NCBI GenBank assembly: GCA_946965045.2
Contig: OX337230.1
Span: 3,596,001 to 3,660,000 of the forward strand
Reading direction: 5' to 3'
Source of the DNA: Epithemia pelagica
Lineage: Eukaryota; Protista; Bacillariophyta
DNA length: 64,000 nt
A program made the translations under genes and the position numbers. The notes under the pieces are model-generated. The model was not told the origin of the DNA. It saw nothing but the letters and a program-made list of their open reading frames with translations, and searched no databases. Below are positions 41,591-52,235 of this stretch, one piece after another (positions within the stretch are counted from its first letter, which is position 1; every line of letters begins with the position of its first letter).

Positions 41591-43900
41591 ATGGCGACGG
41601 CGACCAAGGATGCATCCGTTGTGGTGAAGGAGTTTCTGACGACGTACTTTGAGAAGAATAGTGACTGCATCAAGCTTGAACCGGCCCTCGAAGAATTCAG
41701 CCTCAATCAAAATGCCGTTTTGGCTCCATTTTGGAAACCATTTGTGCGTGTCCCACAGCGTCCGTTCCATTCGGGCCGAGATGAAGGATTCATATCCAAG
41801 ACGTGCCCAGATCTTCTATTCTTCGGTCTCAAAGACAAGATTTCACAGCCCGCTGCGTATGAACACATTGCTTATGCTCAAGAACAATGTCCTACCTTTC
41901 TCTATGGAACATCGGGTGCAGGAAAGACACGAACAATCTTTGAGTACTTGAGTCGACACAAAGGCTTTTACCTTGTGGCAGGCGACTTGGTGAGAAACCC
42001 AGGCTCGAATGATCTTTGTTGGGTTCTTAGATGCAACTTGAACGTGGTGCCGCTGCATGACTCATTCCAGGATAGATGCAATCGGGACAAAATCATCCGC
42101 TGGCTTTCGATGCTCTTGTTTGTTCGGTTTGCTGTTCATGAAATGCTTGAACAGCATTTGGATCGAGAAATCACTCCTTATGAATGGTTGCTTTATCAAG
42201 TGTTTCCGACGCAGCTCCTTGGTGCAGATTTATTCTTCGATGCATTGATGCATTGCGAGAATGAACACGTCGAAGAAGAAATTCCATTTTTCAAGTGGGG
42301 TGACCGTGGGACAAAGAAGGTTTGGTCAGTCTTCGTTGACGAAGCACAAATTTTAATGGAATTGAACAAGCACCAGTGTCTGAGTAAAGATGGCAGAAAA
42401 CATCGGGCTGCTTTGTCGGCAGTGGTGGAAGGACTGCTGCTTCAGCAACCATGGGAGGAAGTTCACTTTCCAGTGTTCTCGGGCACAGGTTTCTCGCTAG
42501 ACGGTTTTTACAGACAAACAAATTCAATCGTTGGGAAAATAAGAGGTGGCATAGCTCGTCCCTTTTTTGCTAATTTCCAATCGCTCAGCCCGACGATGGT
42601 CAAGTCTTTCCTCGATAAAATTCTTGATTTATCCGATGCAAATGGTGATGTCGTTGAGCACGTCTGCAAGTGGCTTTGCGGTCGACCCAGGTGGACGGCC
42701 TCCTTTGTGGAGCTCTATTCCATCCGCCAGGAGAAGAAAAGCTACGCGAGTCAACCATGGAGAACGCGTGGTAAGGTCGAATGCAAGAGTGTAAAACTTT
42801 TGGAAGCTTTGGATCGCTTTTTGAACATCATGACACGTAAGTATGAGGGTCGGGAGTCATGGAGCGCTGGGGAGACTTCAGCGTACGCGTGCTTTCGTAG
42901 AGCGCAAAACATGGGCCTGTCACAAGAAATCCTGAGCGACCTGAAGCTTTCGGTGTGCAAGTATGCTGTTGGGAAGGGACACCATATCTTTTCCGATGAA
43001 GCATCAAAGGTCTTGATCCGAAATGGAGTGGCGGTCGTGCTCGATACAGATTGGAAAGGGACCATGATAAAGGGTTACCTACACGAACCTATCATCGTTG
43101 CAGCTGGGTTGAATTCCTACGACCTTGACAAATTCCTCCGCGACAGTATGGCGAACCAGGAACAAGGCGGCCTCGGCGAAGCATTTGAAAGTTTGATTTT
43201 GCCTGGCCTATTCATGGAAAAGGAAAGACTTCCAAAATTCATTCAAAATAACGTGAAAGAACAAGACTTTTCAGTTTTAAAGTCCTTCGAAGTTTCACAA
43301 AGGTCTTCGTACGGCGTGGTCTGCGTTGATGCGAGACAGAATATTAAAAAGACGATTGAAAGGATGACAGCGATATGGAATTCCACTTTCGAGGGTCAAG
43401 TTCCTCCTTTTTGTTATCCCGATGTTCATTTCGGGCCCGATTTGATGTTCTTTTTGCGCAACCTGGAAGATTATAAAGACTTTCGAGCTTGTTTGCTGCA
43501 GTCGAAGTACGTTACGGACGTGGGCAATCAACAAGATGCACTCCGAACACTGGTTCCGGATGTACTTCACTGCGAGAGTCGGGGAAAGGAAGGCAAACAA
43601 AAGTTTTCTGGGAAAATCGACCAAGATCTTGCGGAGAAGTGGAGGGATCTCAAGGACCAGCTAGTATGCGACGAGCGGCCTTGCCTTCGACTACTCGTTC
43701 AGATGCCCGCCAAACCTAGTTCATCAGCGAGTACTGGAATGGTTGCGTCCGGTGCAACCGGTCCAATTCCCACAAAGAAAGGAAAGAAGCGCGACTGGAT
43801 GATTGTCATCGATGACAACGAGGCGGGGGAGCTCTTCAGTGCAAAAAGTGCCGATTTAGTTAGGCTTTTGAAGAGAAAGAAGGAAGAGCAAGTGGAATAG
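41591..43900 (+). CDS. Intact Crinkler-type P-loop NTPase plus C-terminal restriction-endonuclease-like domain (769 aa)
   Basis: Walker A YGTSGAGKT, Walker B VFVDEAQ, helical-domain GRPRWTA, and C-terminal YPD..FGPDLMFFL..LLQSKY of PD-(D/E)XK type. Confidence 0.78.
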   Translation: MATATKDASVVVKEFLTTYFEKNSDCIKLEPALEEFSLNQNAVLAPFWKPFVRVPQRPFHSGRDEGFISKTCPDLLFFGLKDKISQPAAYEHIAYAQEQCPTFLYGTSGAGKTRTIFEYLSRHKGFYLVAGDLVRNPGSNDLCWVLRCNLNVVPLHDSFQDRCNRDKIIRWLSMLLFVRFAVHEMLEQHLDREITPYEWLLYQVFPTQLLGADLFFDALMHCENEHVEEEIPFFKWGDRGTKKVWSVFVDEAQILMELNKHQCLSKDGRKHRAALSAVVEGLLLQQPWEEVHFPVFSGTGFSLDGFYRQTNSIVGKIRGGIARPFFANFQSLSPTMVKSFLDKILDLSDANGDVVEHVCKWLCGRPRWTASFVELYSIRQEKKSYASQPWRTRGKVECKSVKLLEALDRFLNIMTRKYEGRESWSAGETSAYACFRRAQNMGLSQEILSDLKLSVCKYAVGKGHHIFSDEASKVLIRNGVAVVLDTDWKGTMIKGYLHEPIIVAAGLNSYDLDKFLRDSMANQEQGGLGEAFESLILPGLFMEKERLPKFIQNNVKEQDFSVLKSFEVSQRSSYGVVCVDARQNIKKTIERMTAIWNSTFEGQVPPFCYPDVHFGPDLMFFLRNLEDYKDFRACLLQSKYVTDVGNQQDALRTLVPDVLHCESRGKEGKQKFSGKIDQDLAEKWRDLKDQLVCDERPCLRLLVQMPAKPSSSASTGMVASGATGPIPTKKGKKRDWMIVIDDNEAGELFSAKSADLVRLLKRKKEEQVE

Positions 43901-44305
43901 AAGACTGTGGACTTTCCTTGTGTACACGAGGGTTCATGAAAAAGTCCTTGTGAAGTTCTTGATGATATTGGTGAAAAGTTGACCGCGTGTCATCGTAGTC
44001 AGCTGTAAAGCCCGCCTGATTGGTCATCAAATTCTCCTGTCTCGCCGACATATCTAATAGATAACTACTCCTCTAAACAGTCTGCAGTACATTTTTCTAA
44101 CTAAGGTCGATGCGCATTACAAAAGTTCAATGTTTTCAGCACTACCAATGACACCAGCTGCAAGGCTTGGCAACAAACAGTCAGTCTCGGATCGTCACAC
44201 CAAATTTTTCATCTTTCACATTAGTTGCAGCCTTCTTATCCAATTGTGTTGTGTTTCTCCCAAACTGGCATCGTCAGCGCGATTCTCCATCGGTGTTATG
44301 AAAAC

Positions 44306-45484
44306 TTATCTCACCGGGGTGCCAAATGGAAGTGGTCTTTCACAATATTGTGATGATATCCATCCTTCCATGACAGCATTGTCATAGGACTCTTGCGCAT
44401 GCCAACTCAGTAGGCGCGTAAATGGCTCCTTACCCGGTGGAAAAGAGAACACATGATCTTCATACTCAGCAACTGTGTGCTGTGAACCTGTCCACAAAGG
44501 CTTATTCAGAATGTTTCGATCCCAAACCGTGACTCGGAACTGGCGCTCTCGCACTTGAGGACAATTGATTGATTCACGCGTTTCACAAAACGAAATCTGC
44601 ATTTGATTGAATGCAGATTCAAGCGTTTCCGCAAGCAACATGGTATTTCGGGGTTGATCACGATCATTGGGATCCAGGCCAACGTATGTGAACATTGGGT
44701 CGAATGAATCTCGAGGAAGGATGTGAGCAAGTTTCACTTCATCACCAATCCCAATATGGCCCGTTACAAGGCATTTTGTACGGAAATTCCTACCGAAAAC
44801 CGGAATGTCCATGTTCTCAAAGTAGAACTTGGCTGATTTGGCCTTGATGTCAGGTGGTCTCTCGGGAACGCTTGCATCACGATTGATCAAAAACGCGAGA
44901 TTCTGCAGCATCAGTTTGTATTCGCCATGTCCTTCTCGCTCACGCTCACGCCCACGCTCATGCAGCTTCTTCACGCTTTTCTGCTCAATCTGCTCGAGCT
45001 TGCAATCACGTTGTTCTCTTTCTTGTTCACGTTGCAGCAACAGCTTGCGTTCGCCATCTCTTTCTTGTTCACGTTGTTCTCTTTCTTGCTCACGTTGCAG
45101 CAACAGCTTGCGTTCGCCATCTTTTTCTTGTTCACGTTGTTCTCTTTCTTGTTCACGTTGTTCAATTTTCTTTATCTTTTGCTCAATCTGCTCGAGCTTG
45201 CAATCACGTTGTTCTCTTTCTTGCTCACGTTGCAGCAACAGCTTGCGTTCGCCATCTCTTTCTTGTTCACGTTGTTCTCTTTCTTGCTCACGTTGCAGCA
45301 ACAGCTTGCGTTCGCCATCTCTTTCTTGTTCACGTTGTTCTCTTTCTTGCTCACGTTGTTCAATTTTCTCAATCTTTTGCTCAATCTGCTTGAGCTTGTA
45401 AACGAGAACTACACAAGCAGCAACGTTGATGCCGGAAGCAACAGCAGTGATGCAGGATAAATAAAAAGCTGAACTGTCCCTCAT
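44306..45484 (-). CDS. Inverted paralog of the array HNH gene: expanded coiled coil, C-terminally truncated (possibly a pseudogene)
   Basis: Same N-terminus (MRDSSAFYLSCI) and HNH core (CLVTG, KLAHILP, RNTMLLAETLESAFN). A GAA>TAA stop follows FGTPVR, and ~0.96 kb encoding the C-terminal TM region is missing. Confidence 0.8.
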   Translation of the reverse strand: MRDSSAFYLSCITAVASGINVAACVVLVYKLKQIEQKIEKIEQREQEREQREQERDGERKLLLQREQEREQREQERDGERKLLLQREQEREQRDCKLEQIEQKIKKIEQREQEREQREQEKDGERKLLLQREQEREQREQERDGERKLLLQREQEREQRDCKLEQIEQKSVKKLHERGREREREGHGEYKLMLQNLAFLINRDASVPERPPDIKAKSAKFYFENMDIPVFGRNFRTKCLVTGHIGIGDEVKLAHILPRDSFDPMFTYVGLDPNDRDQPRNTMLLAETLESAFNQMQISFCETRESINCPQVRERQFRVTVWDRNILNKPLWTGSQHTVAEYEDHVFSFPPGKEPFTRLLSWHAQESYDNAVMEGWISSQYCERPLPFGTPVR

Positions 45485-46182
45485 GTTTCCTCTTGTTGTG
45501 TGACAAGATTATGCGCCGTTTGAAGAAAGCAAACATGCCAAACGATTCATTGCACACGTCTGATTGTTGGAGACTGTTTTGGTTCCCATTCGACAAGAAA
45601 AAACCGCTCTGCTAGTACTGTTGCGCACCTCTTTCGTCCAACCGGGCTTGAGTCTTCCTGACATTGTGTTGGGGGGGGGGGGGGGGGACTGTGAGACCTA
45701 CACCAACATTTCATTCAGGATGGAATTGTTGGGGATTGTTCCGCCATATTCAGGAAGCGGATCAGGAAGCGGATGATCAATACTTGTAGAGCAGGAACAT
45801 CTCGGTTGCCTTTGTGCAAAATCAAGTTTGCTTCACCTCTCTCGTATCAACCGTACACAGGTTGTGACGAATGACGAATGTCAATGTGAATTCGTGACTG
45901 AACAATGAGTCCGCCGCCAACGACGACTGTCCAAAAATTCATTCAAGTTTTGTCGAGAAATTGAAAACGAAAAGTGCAAAAATGGATCATTTGTCGAGAG
46001 TAATAGTGTCCAAAACGAAAACTGCAAAAATGGATCACTTTTTCACTCTTTTTTATTGTCGTCAGTGCCATCAATCGTCGTTGACACCTTTTGATGAGGG
46101 GAATCCAAAAGATTCCAGTCTATACGAAAGGCAAGAAGAACGAAAGAGCGAGAGCGAGAGAGAGAAGGTAAAGAAACAGACC

Positions 46183-48225
46183 ATGAACCATTGGTGGCTG
46201 TCTGCCTGCTTCCGAGGTACCGTATTTTGGTTTGTCCATATAATAGCTGGTACAGCTTTACTTGTCACTTTCGATTTTGATGTCGTTGGTGCCTTGACCG
46301 TACCACAACCACCACAACGACGGAAAGCCGCAGCAGGAGGACGAACCCCTTCGCAACCAGATCGTCTTGACCAGCGTGATAGCAACGACGACAGCAATGA
46401 TCTAGGAGAGTGGACCATTCAACCGACGCAACCATCGGAATGTCGACTCATTCTGTGTCAAATCACTGATGTTTACACCTTGGAACACTTGGCCTCGTTC
46501 AAAACCATGATTCAAGATACCAAAACCAAGGCTGGGCCCGATACTGCCGTGCGTTCACTCTTGACGGGTGACTTTTTGTCTCCCTATTTATTGTCGTCCG
46601 TCGATCGAGGCGCTGGTATGATGAATGCCTTGGCCAAACTTCCCTTGGACATTTTGACCTGGGGCAATCATGAAGCCGACCTTGATCATCGAACAGTGGT
46701 GCGCCATGTCCGTAATTTTCCTGGCAAATGGCTCAATTCCAACATGCTGAATCATGAAGCCATGGATGCGCAACAGGAATATGATATCATTCAACTCTGT
46801 TCCGCCGATGGCACGCATCGTCGCAAAGTAGGATTGTGTGCCGTGCTCAGCAACGATCCAGCTCTCTATGCTCATTTCAAACCACCCGGTGCTTTTGGGG
46901 GTGCCACCGTGACGGATCCCTGGGAGGCCTTGACCAAATACCAGCACTTGTTGGAACAGGAGCAGGGATGTGACTTGGTGATTCCCCTCCAACATTTATA
47001 CGTCCCCGACGATCACAAGACGTGTCGAGACTTTGATTTCCCCGTCGTCTTGTCCGGTCACGATCATCATCGGGTCGATGAGGTGGTGGAAGGAACACGA
47101 CTCCTCAAACCCGGCATGAATGCCGTGTATGCAACGCTCCTTGAAATTTCGTGGTTGAACCAAGAATCACCGCCTCGGATTCGAGCGCGGTTTGTCCATT
47201 GCGACGATTGGGAACCGGATCCGGTATTGGCGGAGGAGAATGAACGCGCCTACACTGCCTTGCTTCCTCTTCGCAACACGGAATTGGCTCGCGTTCCATC
47301 CTACTTTGAACCCTTATCGTCCGGAAATGCCCGAGGCGAAGTGTGTACCATGGGCAAATACCTTTGTTCCTTGATTCGATCGGCCTTGAATGTCAAGCGT
47401 CGACAACGCCAACACAACATTGATGCCGTCTTGATCATGGGTGGCAATATTCGAGGCAATGTTCACGAATACCCTCGGGGATCCTACTTTTCCTTGGAAG
47501 CTCTGGAAGCCGAAGTGAAATCGGATGAAGTGATTGGCGTTGTCCCCATGCCCGGATGGCTTTTGGATCAAGGCATTCGTGCCACACATGCCGGAGATCC
47601 CATTCCGGGATGGATGCAATACGATATCGGTGTCCAGCAAGATGCTGCCAAACACGTGACCCATGTCGCCGGAAAACCATTGGATCCCAATCGCATGTAC
47701 CGCGTCGCCACCAAAATTAGTGATTTGACCAATGGACAATGTGCTCCCTGGACCGACTATTACACACAACACGCAGACTTGTTACCACCCAAGGGAGCCT
47801 ACATCAATGTCCAATCGGAACTCATGTCCTATTTTGCCCGCAACTTATGGCGTAAAATTTGGGACAAGACGACCGAATTGATTGGCAGCGACACTACGGA
47901 CGACGACGACGACGAAGAATGCTACGTGGATGGGTGTGATGCCCCGGCCAGGTTGCACGTCTTGGATACAGCGGGAGACGGAGTGGTAACAGTGGACGAT
48001 TTGCAAACAGCCCTCAAGAACTTGTTGGGGTATTCCGTCGATGCCCGTGAACCCACCTTGGCCCAATTTGTCCATGCCTTTGCCGACACGACCGGAGATG
48101 GGACAGTGACCGTGGCCGATATTGAAAGTTTTAGCGATGAAATTCAAGACTTGTACCAACAAGACGAATGGCGTCTGGCCTTTCCTCGATCCTCCAGTCC
48201 ACCACCGGATGTCGTGCGGTCCTAA
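46183..48225 (+). CDS. 5'-nucleotidase-family metallophosphoesterase with EF-hands (paralog B)
   Basis: Same motifs as 11154-13100. ATG at 46183 precedes a hydrophobic leader. Confidence 0.88.
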   Translation: MNHWWLSACFRGTVFWFVHIIAGTALLVTFDFDVVGALTVPQPPQRRKAAAGGRTPSQPDRLDQRDSNDDSNDLGEWTIQPTQPSECRLILCQITDVYTLEHLASFKTMIQDTKTKAGPDTAVRSLLTGDFLSPYLLSSVDRGAGMMNALAKLPLDILTWGNHEADLDHRTVVRHVRNFPGKWLNSNMLNHEAMDAQQEYDIIQLCSADGTHRRKVGLCAVLSNDPALYAHFKPPGAFGGATVTDPWEALTKYQHLLEQEQGCDLVIPLQHLYVPDDHKTCRDFDFPVVLSGHDHHRVDEVVEGTRLLKPGMNAVYATLLEISWLNQESPPRIRARFVHCDDWEPDPVLAEENERAYTALLPLRNTELARVPSYFEPLSSGNARGEVCTMGKYLCSLIRSALNVKRRQRQHNIDAVLIMGGNIRGNVHEYPRGSYFSLEALEAEVKSDEVIGVVPMPGWLLDQGIRATHAGDPIPGWMQYDIGVQQDAAKHVTHVAGKPLDPNRMYRVATKISDLTNGQCAPWTDYYTQHADLLPPKGAYINVQSELMSYFARNLWRKIWDKTTELIGSDTTDDDDDEECYVDGCDAPARLHVLDTAGDGVVTVDDLQTALKNLLGYSVDAREPTLAQFVHAFADTTGDGTVTVADIESFSDEIQDLYQQDEWRLAFPRSSSPPPDVVRS

Positions 48226-48544
48226 TACCATCACCATCACAGTACACTGGACCGTCGTACACCGGGACCCTCCTGCTCAACAGTCTCTACTGTCATGTCT
48301 CCCTCTACTGTCATGTCTCCCTGATCTCATTATTGGAGAAAAATCACGAAACAAGAAAAAACCAAATCGTTCTTCTTTGGCGAAACAAGTCGTCGTTGCG
48401 CAAGTCAGTCCCCGAACATGCAGATTTGACAACAGCCGTGACGACTGTACCCGCTTATTCCTCGTCGTCTCCAGAGGTTTCCGTATTCTTGCTGGTATTT
48501 TGGTCGTCCATTCGAGTCGACCACGGATCTGGTGCTATTTGACC

Positions 48545-49203
48545 GGCAAGACGACAAAAAGAGTGTCTAGGTTCCTCCTCATAGCCGTACTCATGGCTTG
48601 GTTCGAGTCGCCTACGATGAAAATGTCAAATGCATTGATACCATTATCTTGATTGGTATCGGTACCGCCAGGACGCTTTTTGGGCGGTCATTCGGCGTCG
48701 TCCTTGAAGTTTGGAGAAGTGGTCGTCCAAGTCAGTCAACAAGGATCGTCGTCTGATCTAACCATTGATGGCGTTGTAGGATTGGAACCGCAATACCGAC
48801 GTCTTCCTTCCAATTCTCAACCCTGGAGTGGATTGGATTTGACCTCGATTCCGACCGTCATGTGGGGCAAACCTGTCAAGTTACGGTGAATGCGGGTGGC
48901 AAATATGGCCATGAACAATCCTCGCCCGACTACCGCGTCTTGTATCAAATTCAATTGGATGCGGACCGCAAAAAACACTTTGGACATTGCGATTTGACCG
49001 ACAAGGGTTGTGCTGGAGTCTGTGCCTTGTCCGATCGGAACGAATTCACCAAACAAGCCATGACAGCCTCGATGCAAGAATTGGCCACGGCCGTGCATGT
49101 GTCCAATCCCAGTTCGTACTTTACCGAGGACAAACTCACTCTGCCGTCGTCGCTGAGTCTCAAAATGTTTCTCAACAACCATGAGGTTGGTGCCTACGAA
49201 TAA
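48545..49203 (+). pseudogene. Degenerate copy of the chlorophyllase-like hydrolase (closest to 38071-39066)
   Basis: VPPHSRTHGLVRVAYDE, GGHSASS and YRVLYQIQL fall in three frames; it carries an internal deletion, a stop and a frameshift. Confidence 0.85.
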
Positions 49204-49753
49204 CAAGACCAAACTATCGAGTAACTATATCGAATCAATAGGACTTGGAAGAACGATTGGTGTTCTTTCCACAGGCTCTGCGATACTTCTTATAGACCAG
49301 ATTGACCTTTCATACCGACTCCAGTACATAGTTAGTCCTAAGGGCTTTTTCTAGAGTATATTATAAGCTTTTATTCTGCGATGCTTTATATTCTCGCAGA
49401 TGGGGAGGTCTCTTTCGAGGAGAGTGGTTGGAACAATTGATGGACCAGTTCCTCCTCCCAAACACCCTTCTTTCGGATTTGTCCGGTTCCTCTTCCTTCC
49501 TCATAGCCGGTACAGTTTCTCCGATCGTACACGGGTTTTCGTAAAATCGAATTCAGTGTCGACTTGGGCGGTCTCCTCAAGCTGTGGCGAACGACAAACA
49601 TCAATTTCAAATTCAGCTTTTTCTTCACTTGTCTGTCGTCCCATACCCCTGGAGGACAATAGTGCTTGGGTCAGAGAATGCAGAAATACATATGTATAGC
49701 AAAAGGAACATGGTTTTGGAGGATCCGCACAAACGTGGGGCACACCACAACAC

Positions 49754-50404
49754 TCAAACTCTTGGAGCAGCAGAATCCATTTGTGGTTCGAGTGGCGCCA
49801 CTGATGGCTCATAGTCACAGGTCCAGTTTTCGTCGTCATTCCTGCCGTAGACCCAACCATACTTTGTGACCGGCTTTTCCATGGTTCCCTGTTTCGCCAC
49901 CTCCACGAAACGCACATAGTAAAGGTCCTGATAGCAACCACTGTAGCGGTCAATATCCAACTCCACCTCGTAGCCATGCGTCAAAAAGTCGTCCTGGAAC
50001 GACGCAATAATTTGTTGGAGATTGTGGTTCCACCAGGCAATGATCCCGAGCACTAGAATGAGAAACCCCAGCGGCACGCCCACAAGAAGTCCCAACAAGG
50101 TCCAACCGCTTTCCACCGTGGCACCTGGATTGATCATGGCCCATGCACCGAGGCCAACAAACACAATTACCACGAGAACGCCAATGGACCTTGTTTTGAT
50201 TCGGCAGGCACGGCGCAAACGAGTCGCAAACGGTGTCCATATCTCGTCCGGGATGGCCGCCAGGGCCGTTGGTTTGCCATGCTTGAGAAACAAATAGCCC
50301 GACCCCCAAGTCTGTTGCGCTTTGGAAGAATCCAAAGCTATTCGAACTTCACCGTCGGGCAAAAGAACTTGACGGTACAGCTTCCATGTCCTGTCGTTTG
50401 TCAT
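49754..50404 (-). CDS. Uncharacterised two-TM membrane protein
   Basis: Open frame from the ATG at 50404; two hydrophobic helices; a decayed duplicate at 34035-34502 supports a real gene. Confidence 0.65.
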   Translation of the reverse strand: MTNDRTWKLYRQVLLPDGEVRIALDSSKAQQTWGSGYLFLKHGKPTALAAIPDEIWTPFATRLRRACRIKTRSIGVLVVIVFVGLGAWAMINPGATVESGWTLLGLLVGVPLGFLILVLGIIAWWNHNLQQIIASFQDDFLTHGYEVELDIDRYSGCYQDLYYVRFVEVAKQGTMEKPVTKYGWVYGRNDDENWTCDYEPSVAPLEPQMDSAAPRV

Positions 50405-50524
50405 GGGCGCGGAAGGGGTCAATCATCATGTGATGTACTCCTATATATTATATTGCGTCCGTCAAAGCAGCAGTGGCAGTGCCCCCTTGAGCCGTACTCT
50501 CTAGCTAGAGGAGCTATATAGCTA

Positions 50525-50760
50525 GGGTACTCGCTAGCAAGTCTACAGGACTGATCTATGCCCCATTTGAATCACGGTTGGTCTGACCTGCCGACACATT
50601 ATTTATTGGTCGACCATGGCGGCCACACCTACTCTATTAGAGCAAGAGTAAAGGTCGAACGATCTAGGTAGATGCAGTGTGATGCCCAACCATTTGTAGC
50701 ATGAAGCCATATAAGGTTGTGTTTATCTGGTTGCTTTCATTTGGGTGCAGCAGATGTCGT
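50525..50760 (+). pseudogene. Patatin upstream region plus 5' CDS fragment (inverted copy of ~30190-30430)
   Basis: ATG at 50701 gives MKPYKVVFIWLLSFGCS versus MKPFALVLIWLVLFGCS. The upstream sequence AACCGTGATTCAAATGGGGCATAGA is shared in inverted orientation. Confidence 0.8.
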
Positions 50761-51117
50761 TTCGTCGGGTCTATTCTTATTTGCTAGTAGCCAAGCTTGT
50801 CGTCCCATTCTTGTTTGATTGTTGATTGAATCGCACTCGATGATAATCCCACGTTGTAACTCCATTTCTTTCGGCCAGCCAAATTTCACCTAGAGGAATA
50901 CATCTAGAGGTGTTGGGGCACATTGGAAAAGAAAGATAGGTAGCAAAGGTATCGTCTTATTATGGATGCCCATCCATACTATTATGCACCTACATAGTTG
51001 CACTCACCGTTGTATTTTGTTCGGATACTCTATTATACCAGAAAACACGAAACAGAACCAACACCATGAGAGATGAGCACCCGGACTGCTGCAAGCATAT
51101 AGCCACCAGAAAAAAAG

Positions 51118-52235
51118 ATGAAATCTACCGCGGATCTTGATGCACCAGGCGTAGCCGACTTCGAGGATGTGTGGACTGCATTGTGCATTTCCGAGAAAAG
51201 CCTCACAACGGCAGAGTCCCTTTTTGGCAACGACAGGCAATGGTTCATTCGCGCGTCCTACATCAAGCTCTACGACGACATTGTGGCTGACAAAAATAGA
51301 AGACATGCTCAAATTGTCAATGGTACCGCGGGCGTTGGCAAGTCGTCCTTTTTGCTGTATGCGTTGGCTCGATGCCGATGCGCAGGCAAGTCCGTTCTGT
51401 TGCATTATCATCCTACCGACAAGGAAACAGCAACTGCAGCCTTTTTCCCACCAATGGCACGCCTTTGATCATGAGTACATGTGACTCAGGTTACTTGGCA
51501 ACGTTCCGAAAGTGGTACAAACAGATTGGGAACGAATAATCCCTATTCTTAGTGGATGGCGTTGTGTCCTTTACGAAGGATGACTTTCAAGGTGTTATAT
51601 ACGTGGCAGCCAGATCTCCCAGTTGTAGCATTGGCTTTATGGAAAAAGATCAGAATCGATGCGATCGCTGGCTTGAATTTTGGACACACTCGGAGCTACT
51701 CGCCTACGCGACAACTGTTGGTATTCCAAACGCAGCCGAGATTATCTATGACAATTGGTGTCATCTAGGAGGTGTCTCCAGGTATGCCTTTACTGCCAAC
51801 GCTGCTAAGGAGGCAGTCATGAACGCTATTTCAATTGTGGGCGCAACTTCACTCCTCAATGTTGTCATGACTGGCCTTATGGGACAAAACGAACAGCAGA
51901 AGGTTGTCGACAGACTTATTCACCGACATGCACCTGACGACAAGATTGGAGTCTATTGCACTACCTTCACGTTTGCGTCGGAGTTTGTCGCAACCATAGT
52001 TTCCATGGCTATTTGTCTTGAGACAAAGATTACAACCGATGAGCTCTTGCGTTGCTTTGAAGGGGTTGGTGCTGCGGGTGACTTGCGTGGAGTCTTGTTT
52101 GGGGCATACGCGGCACGAAGACTGGCAGCTGGGGGGAACTTTCCGATAACTACTCTGACTACCTGGGGCAGCTCGGACGATCCATTTGTCAAAGTCTACC
52201 ATCGCGTCAGCATTGAGCCAGCCATCATGACGTGA
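51118..52235 (+). pseudogene. Disrupted Crinkler/RHS-type P-loop NTPase gene, truncated near the start of the nuclease domain
   Basis: WFIRASY, Walker A VNGTAGVGKSSFLLY, LGGVSRY, FTFASEFV and RGVLFG; frameshift near 51449 and in-frame TAA at 51537-51539. Confidence 0.75.

Noticed and set aside
45961-46182. N-terminal extension of nucleotidase B from the TTG at 45961
   Set aside because: The ATG at 46183 directly precedes the hydrophobic leader and better matches paralog A.
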